NCBI GenBank assembly: GCA_043228905.1
Contig: JBHGNT010000001.1
Location: forward strand, 9,052,001 to 9,116,000
DNA from: Azolla caroliniana
Lineage: Eukaryota; Plantae; Polypodiophyta
Direction of reading: 5' to 3'
DNA: 64,000 nt
The position numbers and the translations under genes are program-made. Below the pieces are notes generated by a model. The model was given only the letters and a program-made list of their open reading frames with translations. It was not told where the DNA came from and made no database searches. Positions 53,512-64,000 of this stretch are shown here, piece after piece (position 1 is the first letter of the stretch; every line of letters begins with the position of its first letter).

Positions 53512-54987
53512 TGTAAGCATATGATAAGGATAAAAGATTGATAAATAAGAAAGGAGAGAGAGAAAGAAGGGTGCCGATCCACCCAATCACCCCCGAGCGA
53601 AGGGATCGAGACGGACTCGAGCCTCGATTGGCGTCCCATACCACCGCCGTGACGTCGAGTCGTACTTGGTGCTGGCGCGCTCGCTACAAGAGTTGACCCA
53701 CCACAATGTCAGAGTCTCAACATAGTCGATAATGTGTCAAATGAGGGTAGCTAGGCCTCATATTTATATCCAGACCTAAGGCCCCCAGGCAAGTTCACAC
53801 TTGGCCTAATGGGTTGTCTCAATCCTGAGGATTAAAAGTAATCATCCCCTTCTTTACACTCTCGTTTAACCCTCACACTTTATCCACGTGTATAGAATAC
53901 TACGGTAAATTCTCACCACGGGATATTATATGGTCATGCCCGTAACATACTCCACCTCTTTCAAACATTGCCCTCTTGCAATGGAAAGTTAGGGAAGTTA
54001 GCCCTTAGAGTATTTTCACGTTCCCATGTGGCATCTTTTATAGACTTATCCATCCATTTAATTTTAAATTCTCGGATTATTTTAGAACACAATTTTTTTT
54101 GTTTTAACATCGAGAATTCTTTCTGGTAAATGTGGTGTAGAAGATAATTCTTCAGAAGTAACCAGAGTTTCAGTTGTCACTGTATTGTCTCCAGAACCAA
54201 GAAGTTCTTTTAGACGACTTACATGAAAAGCTGGATGGATTCAACGCCATCAGGAAGAGCGAGATTATAGGCTGATGAACCAATGTGTTTGAGGACTGTG
54301 AAAGGTCCACAAAACCATGGGGCTAACTTAGCACACTTACCCGTAGACAATGTCTTCGAATTGTGAGGTACACGTAAAAATACTTTCTGTCCAGGGTTGA
54401 ATACACGAGGTTGCCTATTATGATCAACATAAAAATGCGCTCTATCTTGAGCCGTTTTTATATTATCTCGTGCAATATGCAACATATCTTGCATATCCCG
54501 AAGAAAGTTTTGCGTACTTCGCAACTCATCATGATGTATATTAACATCAATCGGGGCTACCATACATCAACATAAAAGGACTATATCATGTCGATGTATG
54601 CTTGGAGTTGTTATAAGAAAACTCCAAAATTGGGAGTTAATGTTCCCATTTTGTTGGTTTTGTACCAATATATGCATGACGCATGTCCTCAATAATTTGA
54701 TTTACTCGTTATGTCTATCAATCGAATTGAGGATGATCCGTGGAGCTCATGCTCAATGTAGTTTCTAACTTCTTAAAGACTTGCGTCCAAAAGTCGCTAG
54801 TAAACGTTGGATCTCGATCACTCACGATATCCATTGGTACCATAAAAACGAAATAACTCGTCAATGAATTGGTAAGCCAATTCAGGAGCTGTTACCGTGG
54901 TTTTAGTAGTAATAAATCTAGCCTTTTTAGTTAGTCGATCAACCACAACCCAAATGGCCTCATGGCCTTTTTGGGTGCGAGGAAGGA
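53512..54987 (-). mobile_element. Ty3/Gypsy chromovirus 3' part: integrase, chromodomain, PPT, 3' LTR
   Basis: LTR 53512-53947 (TGTTACG...GCTTACA on minus), PPT GAAAGAGGTGGAG at 53950-53962, chromodomain FKIKWMDKSIKDATWE, integrase LPRTQKGHEAIWVVVDRLTKKARFI and KLAPWFCGPF. Frameshifted and cut at 54987 by a Copia LTR. Confidence 0.92.
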
Positions 54988-57300
54988 TGTTAAGAACAAG
55001 GTAAGCAATTAAGGGTTAATTAGTCCCTAATTATGTGATTAAGTTAAGCGGAAGATCAAGTGATATGTGTGTGTATGTGTGTGAGAGGAAGAGAGAGAGG
55101 AAGTTACACTTATGAACTCAAAGACAAGATGGGGGATGATAAACTAGAGTGTATATTATAAAACATCATCGAATGCAAAAATACCCACAATGAGGTATAT
55201 ATGCATCTCATGTGCAAAGGTGCACATGTGTGAGTAGAATATAGGTACTAATGTGTAAGTCCTATATTAAATGAACTTAGGAGTGGAGGATCTAGAATAT
55301 GCCACTTAAGTACAAGGTCCTATTTAAGGCGTTATAGTCAACACTTCTAACTAGATTCTATCTAGGTAACTACGAAGTTACATGGTTGACTAACTAACTA
55401 AACTAAGTTGAGCTTGATCTCTCAACATGCCCCCTCAAGCTCAAGTGTGAGGCGTCTGACATCCGGTTCTGCTTTCGGCGTTGTCCAGTTTTCAGTGTCG
55501 GCTTCTGTGTGACTTCCGTCCAGCCTTCGGCTTTGTTCGCTGTAGCAATCTCGGTTCCTCCCCCTCAAGCCGGTGACGAAGGCTTGTAGTGTGTGGGTGA
55601 AGGTCGACTACTTCCACCAATCGTGGGTTATGAGCCGCTTTGGTGGAGCTCTTGGGCTCTTGTTCGGCCGCTACCTTCATCGCGAAGGCATAGTGATGGG
55701 CCATGTACTCGTTGTAGCTGAGACGGGCGATGAGATTCTTCTTTCTAGAAGAGCGTCAGAGTTTTTCACTCACCGATGTGAGCGCCTTCTTTACTCCGGG
55801 TGTATACATGATGGGTACAGTGAGGGAGCCGATCCATCCGAATCATTGTCGTCGGGGTGGTCAACTTCGTATTCGGGCATCTTACCTTTGCCTTTGTCCA
55901 AGTTCGTACTTGGTTGCGACGTGCTTGGGTTGCATGGGGGCTCTTGTGGCCCACTAGTCCTTGCCGTAATCGGACATTCTTCGAATATGTGTTCGGAGCG
56001 ATCTCCATCTTCTACCTCTTGTTCGGTAGATTCTGGGTCGAGCGTAGTCGGAGTCGAAGTTGTCTCTGGTGCGTACCAAGATGCAGACTCGTCGAAGACT
56101 ACGTCTCGACTTACCCGAACCACTCGGGTAGAAGGGTTGTAGCACTTGTAAACCTTCTTCTCGGACGAGTATCCTATGAGGATACATTCCTCCGACTTCG
56201 CGTCGGGCTTTTGTCGTTCGTTTGGGATGCGTACATTCGCAATGCTTCCGAACACCTCGAGGTGCGACAGGATCGGCTTCCTTCCGACAAGGAGCTCGTA
56301 TGGAGTTAGCTCATGCACTCCATTAGTGGTGCACCGGTTCATGAGATAGACGGCCGTGGTTGCCGCTTCGACATAATAGAAATTTGGCATGTGCTTCTCA
56401 TGCATCATGGTGCGTGCTACCTCGAGTATTTGCCGATTCTTCCTTTCGGCTACTCCATTTTGTTGGGGTGTGTGTCGGCATGAGAATTCCCTACGAATGC
56501 CTTCACTTTGGAGGTAGGAGGTGAATTCGTCGAAGAAGCACTCCTTGCCTCCATCCGATCATAGGCATTGAATGTGCCGACCGGTTTCTTTTTTGACTTG
56601 CCCCTTGAGCTTCGGAAGTGGTAGAGCACTTCTCTTTTCTTCTTCATCGGGTAGATCCACACGTAGCACGAGTAGTTGTCGATGAAGGTTATGTAGTATC
56701 GGCATCCGCCGATCGTCGGCGTTTGAGCCGGTCCCCATACATCCGAGTGTATGAAGTCGAGGAGACCTTTGCTTGCGTGGCTCTCCTTCGGGAATGTGAG
56801 TCGATGTTGTTTGCCGAGTTGACACACTTCGCATACTCGGTCGACTCGTTTCAACTCGAATGTCGGAAGTCCGATGACGACTCCCTTGGTTTGGATCGCT
56901 CGAAGTCGTTGGAGGTTTATGTGGCATATTCTCTTGTGCCACAACTCGATGCTTGTCTTGGTTTTGAGAACTTTGGCGTACATTGCCGATTTCACCTCGT
57001 TCGAATCGAGGATGAACATTCATCCGTCTCTCTACCCCTTAGCTATGAGTCAACCATCTTTCTCAATGAAAGAACCTTCATTGTTGAAGCGAACTTGCAT
57101 ACCTTGCTCCATGATTTGGCCGACCGAGACCAAATTCTTCGTTATTGTGGGCACGTGCAAGACATTCTTGATGCAAGTTTGCTCACCTTCTTTCCCGAAT
57201 GGGACATTGCTGATGTGCCGAATGGGGTGCGTGGTGTCATCTCCCGTCTCTATGAAGTCGGGTCGATCCGGTGTTCGTAAATCACGAAAAACACGTTCGC
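54988..57300 (-). mobile_element. Ty1/Copia element (3' LTR 54988-55427; protease-integrase relic; RT/RNase H deleted) abutting the Gypsy integrase
   Basis: LTR TGTTGAGA...TCTTAACA with PPT TTGAGGGGGCA. Coding residue NVLHVPTITKNLVSVGQ, LWHKRICHIN, CEVCQLGKQ, IHSDVWGP, ITFIDNYS, CILIGYS..KVYKCYNP..VSRDVVFDE, with frameshifts and stops. Confidence 0.93.
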
Positions 57301-57670
57301 GTTCACAAGTGGAAGGATTGCGCATTCCACTTGTAGAATCTTCTTAAAACGAAGCAAATACACCCTCTCTACAATAATTGGATGCACTAGTATCACATGT
57401 TCCTCAACTTGATGAGAATTTGCAAATATAAAAATACATGATAGATCTACGAGTGGAGATCATTAGAAATCATGCAAGTTTAGACATGTTGATAAGTTAA
57501 TGTAGGCATAATAAAGTTCAACTATGGCTCAATATGGCACTATTGTGCGACAAGGGAAACACTAACTTAAAGACTTATATTAATTAGGTAGGTTTTACAA
57601 AAATATGAGGTGTACTTGTATCCATACTAATAAAATGAGATATAATTTATACTTTGACCCATACGTGCAT

Positions 57671-57945
57671 GTATGTAATTGTGGAAAATGTAGGATAGTG
57701 CACATTAGGATAAGTGATTGGAATAACTAACTTATTAAAGTATTCAATACTTGTATTTAAAGTTGATCTAATCTATTCCTCAGTTTGTTCATATGGGATC
57801 AAACCATATGTGTATATAATTGTGCACAATGTAAGGCAGTGAACTTTAGGATAATGTCGTGGAAATAACAAACCTATTAGGCTTTCATACCTGTATTTAA
57901 AATTGATCTACTCTATTGCTTAGGTGATTCACACAAGATCAAACT
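57671..57945 (+). repeat. Two diverged ~141-bp tandem copies downstream of the methyltransferase gene
   Basis: gtat.taattgtg..aatgta.g..agtg.ac.ttaggataa...tgtatttaaa.ttgatcta.tctatt...gatcaaac starts at 57671 and 57812. Confidence 0.75.
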
Positions 57946-58337
57946 CCGAACGATAACGCAACTGGAACCATTATCAACACACTACACAATCTAAGCAGCA
58001 ATGGAATAGAAACATAATAGTTTTAACAATAGAAGACAAAGATCCATAATAACAACATGGACAGTCATGGCAACAATTATAGGGCCATGTTCTGTTAAGG
58101 TTAGCTTGGACCAAAATCAGCCTCCATTTAAACTAGTTCATGTTTCTCCATAAGTTTGGTAGTCAGCTATGCACGCGGTGAAACCAATGTCATAAATTTA
58201 CTAATCAAGTATATAAAAATAAAATTGAAACATATAGAAGATTATAAAGAATAGAATCCACTAGGTAAAACCCAAAATTTGTATTAATAATGTGAAATCT
58301 TAACAAATCGTCAGTGTCATATTCTTTATAGAGTCTA

Positions 58338-61300
58338 TTACATAGCAATCAATTCATCAACGTCATTTTCTTCATCATCTTGTGTAGAACTGTCTTCGGC
58401 TATACGTGCATTGGTTTCCCCTGTTAGCCGAGCCAACGAAATATCTTCTATAAGCTCATCATCAAGCTCTATTAGCTCCCCCGGTTCGCCGGCTAACAGA
58501 GGAATAGGCTCTCGCGAAGCAGGTTGAAACCTTTCTGTATTGGCGAGGTTCTTTGCACCGACCTCCTCATCCTGGTCTGGGCACTCCCACAAAGCCTTAA
58601 TCCGCATATTAATAAATATAACTTGGTCCTCGTCCTTCTCCAATGCAACTGTATTTCTAAACAGCTTCAATGCACATGTTGACGTAGTTCCTATGATGTA
58701 AGTAACAAGAAGATTTAGTTGTCAAACGAAAAAAAAGTGATTGGTTATCTCAAGATCATTACCCTAGTTCGAGGAATACCTGTGCCAGAAAAGAGATCTA
58801 ATATCCAGTCTCCTTCGACAGAAAACATCTCGATCAAGCGCATCATAAGTCGTTGAGGTTTTTGGTATGGGTTGACAAGTCCCCGTTTTGTCGTGGTGAC
58901 ATGTCGCAATTTCCGAGTCACTGCTGGATATACCAACAGATTTGAACCTCCCACTTCATTAGAATGCTCTTTGATTCTCTGTTTCTTAATTTCATCGAAG
59001 TAGCCAACCGTTATGTATTCAATGGCATTAACGAACCGAAAAGTTGGCCCTCTATTTACATTGGTCTTGATCCTATAAAAAATAATTCATCGAGTTAAGA
59101 ATAGATTCAACAACCTTAAGAATTGCAATATAATGAAAGACACCTATAAATAATCCTTACCATGCAAGGTTCTCGATGCCATGGCAACGAGATCTCAAAG
59201 CTTGAGCTACCGAGTACCCTTGGTCCATACTATGAAAGACAACTATTTGCCACAAGGATGCGGTCGTTAGCTCAGCGAAATCCTTGACCATCTTCTCCAA
59301 TTGTTTAAACCTAAACGGTTCATCGTCGTATGATGACCCAGCCATTCGAAATCCGTAAGGAATATCCGCAATCATTAGCGTATATTCCTTCTTTGGCACC
59401 TTCTGGATCAAGTCGATGACATCACCGCAAACCACATTGTAGTAAAGATCTCTCGTAATATCTTTTTTGTGGCTAAATTTTTTAAATGAGCCATCTTCCT
59501 CCATTTCGTACGCCTTGACTAAGCGACGATCCTTTTCTTTTCTGGCTCGCTCGAGATGTGCAAGGAAGGATGTAGGGAAATCGTGTATATCCTTAACTTC
59601 TCCTTGTTTCTTGCCTCGACACGGTTTCTAATAGAAGCAATAGGACATCAAGTATTATTATACAAGCTCTACATATGATGAAAGGGTAATGAAAAAACAT
59701 GAATACTAACCCAATCCTTGAATGCAATAAAATACTCTGATAACGCCTTATATGAAGACGTTAGAGGATAATCCTCGGTCACTTGTTCCCAAGTTATACA
59801 TCCAAGTTGTTTCATCATAACTTCTTGGATCTTCATGTACACCTTATGACTGTAAAATTAGAAATCAAGATTAGAACTTTGAATTACACGAGATAGACTA
59901 CAATTTCAGTATTTGAAAGACTTACTTATTGAACTCAGTGACCATTTCTTCAAGGCTTAAATCTTTCGCCACAACCCTTGACAAAACCGACACAAGAAGC
60001 TGCTCGTCCTTAATACCTTGCATCGCTCTCCATAGAGACAGCTTCATGTCATCTGCCGCTTCTTCAATTGTCAAGTCAATTTTCTTGGCGGCTTGTGACT
60101 TTAACTCTAGTTGAGGGTCAACCCTACATTTCTTTTGTCGTTGACCCTTTACCTCCTTATTCTCCCACATTGAGAAGATTTGATCTTGTAGGTCCCATAC
60201 TTCTCCATCTCTAAACGCCAATTGAAACCAAGACTCATACTTTCGAAGACCATCGGACCTAACATTATCATCTACCACAATGCCGACTTCATGCAGACAT
60301 TGATGTCGAAGGCCTGGATGTAACTTCACACCAAACTTTTGTTTCACATCTAAATACTCGTGGTGGAAGAACCGTATACGCTCAATAGACGACATTTTCT
60401 GCCTATAGTCATTATCATTATTATGGTCCCATGCCAACAGCTTAGCCTCTTCGGTTGTGAGCCCAACATAAATTTTGCACTCGGCATACTTGAAGAAGAA
60501 AGTGGTTGGATGTTCTCTCACAAGTTGCCGACGTGCCTCTGCTGAATGCGATCCACCAATGACAAAATAATTATATTGATCATGCTTTCTAATATCAAAA
60601 TCTTCAATGGTTTCACATTCTTCAGGATCTACCATAACAATAAAAGGCACCACAGTGGCATGAGGATTAATTTTCATTTTTTTCTTGAGATTTTGAACAT
60701 GCATGCGGTGAGGCTCTCTAATCTCAAGTGGTCTTCGACCTGTTTTTTCATCAATAGGGGGCCGATGGATGTGTGTTATAGGCAAATTAAATACTTGCCC
60801 TTTCCTGACCAGCTTCCGTTGCATTAACTCTCTCCTTATTTTATTCTGCTCGGATTACAAAACACCCGAGGCCAGCTCGGCTCCTGGCGTCCCCTTATTA
60901 TCCTCTTCTTCATTTTCACTTGTTGAATCTGTATCCGACATTTTCGTTGTCTTCTTCTTTGCTGGTCTTGACTGGACTTTGGATACCTTTTTTGTGGCCT
61001 TCAATGGGGAGGGCACTTCATCTCTTAGAGTTACATGGCCTTGTATATAAGGCCTCAAGGTAACAATAAGGTTTTGTGAGTTATCAAGTGCTTTTTTGAA
61101 CACTTCTGGCCCACAAGATTCCTTTACTAAAAGGTCTTCTGAAAGGAACACTTTACGTACCCCCTTGGAGCACTCTATCATTACCAGTATGTTGGCCGAA
61201 TCTGCATCTTCGTAGTCAAATCGTAGAATACGGCCATACATAAATGGGGTTTCTTTTCCAAGCTGCCCCTCACCCTTCTTCTTTGCTGTATACAATACGA

Positions 61301-61563
61301 CTTTTTTCTTTGAGTCGACATATTGCATACACCATTCCTTGTCCGTTAGATCTCGGTCAGGAAGGTCTTCGCCTCCAGTAGCGGCGACAAGTTTCTTTTG
61401 GCTAACATCACTATGTGGTTGAGATTTTGTCTCTTCGTTAAAGAGAAGCTTTTTTCCTCTCTTCATGGTCTCAGGAGCTACCTTGGTCTGGGCTTCGATT
61501 GGAGAACCTTGTATGCGAAGCTTAATTTTCTTCACGGGTCGGTCCGACAGGTTCTCAAACGAC
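58338..61563 (-). CDS. Spliced gene: N-terminal domain + ParB/Srx-like domain + beta-class N4-cytosine/N6-adenine DNA methyltransferase (one in-frame TAA at 60857-60855)
   Basis: Exons 61563-59926, 59849-59711, 59627-59161, 59072-58780 and 58690-58338 are joined in frame by GT-AG introns of 76, 83, 88 and 89 bp; 716 aa from ATG 60824. ParB-like IREP..HVQNLKKKM..PFIVMV...YFVIGGSHSAEA. MTase VVCGDVIDLI..YTLMIADIPYG (motif IV), WIKTN...IEYITV, NPYQKPQRLMMRLIEMFSVEGDWILDLFSGTGTTSTCALKLFRNTVALEKD (motifs X, I, II). Confidence 0.85.
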
Positions 61564-62000
61564 CTATTTAAGAAAGTATATGCAAAAACATAAGTTAGGC
61601 AGTCACGTAGATTGAGGTTGTATATTATAATGAAGAACAGTTTCCAGGAGCAGTAACATATTCAAAAATCTATTATAGGCAGGGCTATTCAACCTAGAAA
61701 ATATATATCGTAATAAGTAAAACGGGTTATATATTCTTTTAAATAGTAGGTATGACTTATATAGATTCTAAACCTATATTGAGGAGAATTTGCCATAGTA
61801 AAGGCAATTTGTGGATCATTTTCTACTATTTTAAGCTAAAGTAGGTCATAAAACACCTATAATTAGAGCATGTATTTCTTTAAAAGTAAGTAAAGTCAAC
61901 ATAAAAAAGACTGATTTTGCCAGACAATTTGATATCATTTCCACCCCATAAACGATTTTTCTCTCTCAAAGCCTTCTTATATACAGGGACTCAAAGCTAC

Positions 62001-62181
62001 GCGGTATCGAGTTTGTGTTTAAAACCTACACTATAAATAGGAACTCGATACGTATCGAGTTCCTTTATAAAATTCAAACTTTAAACACGAACTCGATACG
62101 GCGTATCGAGTTCATGTTTAAAGTGTAGGTTTTAAACACGAACTCGATACGGCGTATCGAGATTCTTTTTGAAACCTACAC
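62001..62181. repeat. Array of inverted GAACTCGATAC units forming three adjacent palindromes
   Basis: Perfect 26-bp palindrome AGGAACTCGATACGTATCGAGTTCCT (62039-62064); 47-bp near-perfect palindrome 62078-62124; a third centred at 62152; an extra half-site at 62004. Confidence 0.92.
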
Positions 62182-64000
62182 TTTCCCTTTCTCCACAAAT
62201 CAGCCGGCATACCAGGTGCTCCCCGGTTGAAGAAGAATCAATAACCAGAGGGATTTGTGGAGAAAGGGAAGGAGCACCTGGTACCATTTCTTCTTCAGCC
62301 GGCATACCAGGTGCTCCTTCCCTTTCTCCACAAATCCCTCTGGTTGCTGCATGTAGATCTCCTCTTCAAGGTCGCTGTGAAGGAATGCTGTCTTCACGTC
62401 CAACTGTTCTACCTCGAGGTCCATGCTTGCCGCCATACTCAGCACCGTCCGGATGGAGGTCATCTTTACTACCGGGGCAAATATCTCGTCGAAGTCCACG
62501 CCCTTCTTCTGCTGGAACCCCTTCACCACGATCCTGGCTTTGTATCTCGGGGGGTTGCCGGCATCTCCCGGTTTCAACTTGTACACCCACTTGTTTCGGA
62601 GTGCCCTCTTTCCTTTCGGCAACTCCACCAATTCGTACGTATGGTTCTCATGCAGGGAATCCATCTCATCCTGCATGGCACTTAACCATTTGCAGCTGTG
62701 GGTGTCATCCTTCGCTTCTTCGAAGCTTTTCGGCTCCCCCTTATTGGTCAACAAGACATGCTCTCCATCCGGAAATTTCCGGGGCGCCCTTCTCTCTCTG
62801 AGAGGATATCTCCGTCTTCGGGCTTCGGTAACCGGCTCCTCCATTTGCTCTTCATCCGAATCCGATTCGGGGTCTTGGTCGGTTCTGGTTTCAACTTCCT
62901 CTACTTCTTCTTCAGCCTGTTCGGTATCCTCACCGTAATCGGCTGGTCCTTCGAGTGCTAACTGGTCTCTTGTCGGTTGGGTTTGCTCGTCGTAGAGTCG
63001 ATCCTTACCGGTCGACTCGGAGTTCATTATCTTCTTCTCCGACTCCCAATCGGCAAGCATCTTGTCCTCCATGAAGATAATATCTCGGCTCCGGAATACC
63101 TTCTTGTCGACCAGGTCCCACACTCGATAGCCGAACTCATCGTCATCGTAACCGAGGAATATGCATGGCCGAGTCTTTGGATCCAACTTTCCTCTCCGGT
63201 TCTTAGCTACATGCACGTACGTGAGACACCCGAACACCTTCAGATGCCGGTAGAATACTTCCTTACCGGTCCATACTCTCTGTGGCGTGTCTCCATCCAA
63301 CGGTACTGAGGGTGATCTATTTATCACATATGTCGCCGTCGACAATGCCTCAGCCCAAAACTTCTTGGGTAGTTTTGCATGCGCTAGCATACTCCGGACC
63401 CTCTCTATTATGGTCCGGTTCATCCTCTCGGCCAGTCCGTTTAGTTCCGGCGTCTTCGGCATGGTAAATTCGAGCCGGATCCCCTTCGAGCGGCAGTACT
63501 CCTCGAACTGCCCCCGGTATTCTCCTCCGTTATTTGCTCGAACCGCCTTCAGCTTCCGGCCGATTTCTCTTTCCACTCTCGCGTGGAGCTCTTTGAAGAC
63601 GGATAGCACCTGATCCTTCGTCTTCAACGGTGTGGCCCACAACTTCCGGTTGTGGTCATCTATGAATGTCATGAAGTACTGCGCTCCGGCATGTGACTTC
63701 GTGTCTACTTGACACACATCCGTATGCACCAACTCCAGTGGTGCATTACGTCTCATCGGTGGCCTTGGTCGGAAAGAGGTCCGGTTTTGCTTACCGGCCA
63801 GACAATCAATGCACTTCTCCAAGTGCACGTTCTTCACTGGAATGAGGTTGTCGTCTACAAGCCTCTTCATCCCCTTCTCGCTCATATGACACAACCTCTT
63901 GTGCCACAGCTCACCGGCAGTGTCCGATGCCACGTTCACTTCTTCCGGACATAACCGGGCATTCATGAGGTACAACGTGTTTACCTTCCGGGCCCGAGCC
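62182..64000 (-). mobile_element. Ty1/Copia (Tnt1/Tork-like) pol: GAG-pre-integrase, integrase, N-terminal RT; truncated with a scrambled junction
   Basis: Open 591-aa ORF with LWHKRLCHMSEKG, CIDCLAGKQ, VHTDVC, FIDDH, TPELNGLAERMNRT, EPKSFEEA, W..AMQDEMDSL, RYKARIVVKGFQQ, QLDVKTAFLH, EEIYMQQPEGF, VCRLKK. Runs off the window at the 5' end. Confidence 0.95.

Noticed and set aside
55573-57347. Long plus-strand ORFs over the Copia element (also 62169-63954)
   Set aside because: They are antisense shadows of GC-rich pol sequence with no recognisable motifs.
57305-57395. Helitron 3' hairpin or CACTA terminus at the left edge of the MTase cassette
   Set aside because: There is no CTRR at the expected distance from the hairpin, and cactagtatc at ~57385 has no matching TIR or TSD in the window.
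60855-60857. Removal of the TAA by U-to-C RNA editing
   Set aside because: That editing is organellar; this is a spliceosomal nuclear gene.
58338-61563. Bacterial contaminant as the source of the ParB-MTase
   Set aside because: Four GT-AG introns are needed to assemble the motifs (one splits FSGTG from GTT), and both flanks are plant retrotransposons.
62001-62181. CRISPR-like array
   Set aside because: Units alternate in orientation, the intervening sequences are themselves repeated, and no cas genes are present.

Overview
Eukaryotic nuclear DNA from a land plant; a fern or other non-seed plant is my inference from gene and repeat content. The first 48 kb is gene-dense: a 12-exon UDP-glucuronate 4-epimerase (GAE), a plant CDK-like kinase, plastid cysteine desulfurase NFS2/SufS, an intronless proline-rich wall protein, MTR4 RNA helicase and a prolyl 4-hydroxylase, with MITEs, LINE/LTR relics and tandem duplications between and within them. 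From about 53.5 kb there is a transposon stack, all on the minus strand: a chromovirus Gypsy, an RT-deleted Copia, an unexplained 4.8-kb cassette and a Tnt1-like Copia. The cassette (57.3-62.2 kb) is the main discovery. It holds a spliced gene (4 GT-AG introns) encoding a ParB/Srx-like domain fused to a bacterial-type beta-class N4-cytosine/N6-adenine DNA methyltransferase, preceded by an array of palindromic repeats. Also notable: the apparent 5' end of the kinase gene is an inverted, diverged copy of the NFS2 first exon and intron 20 kb away. All calls are by manual reading; no database searches were run.
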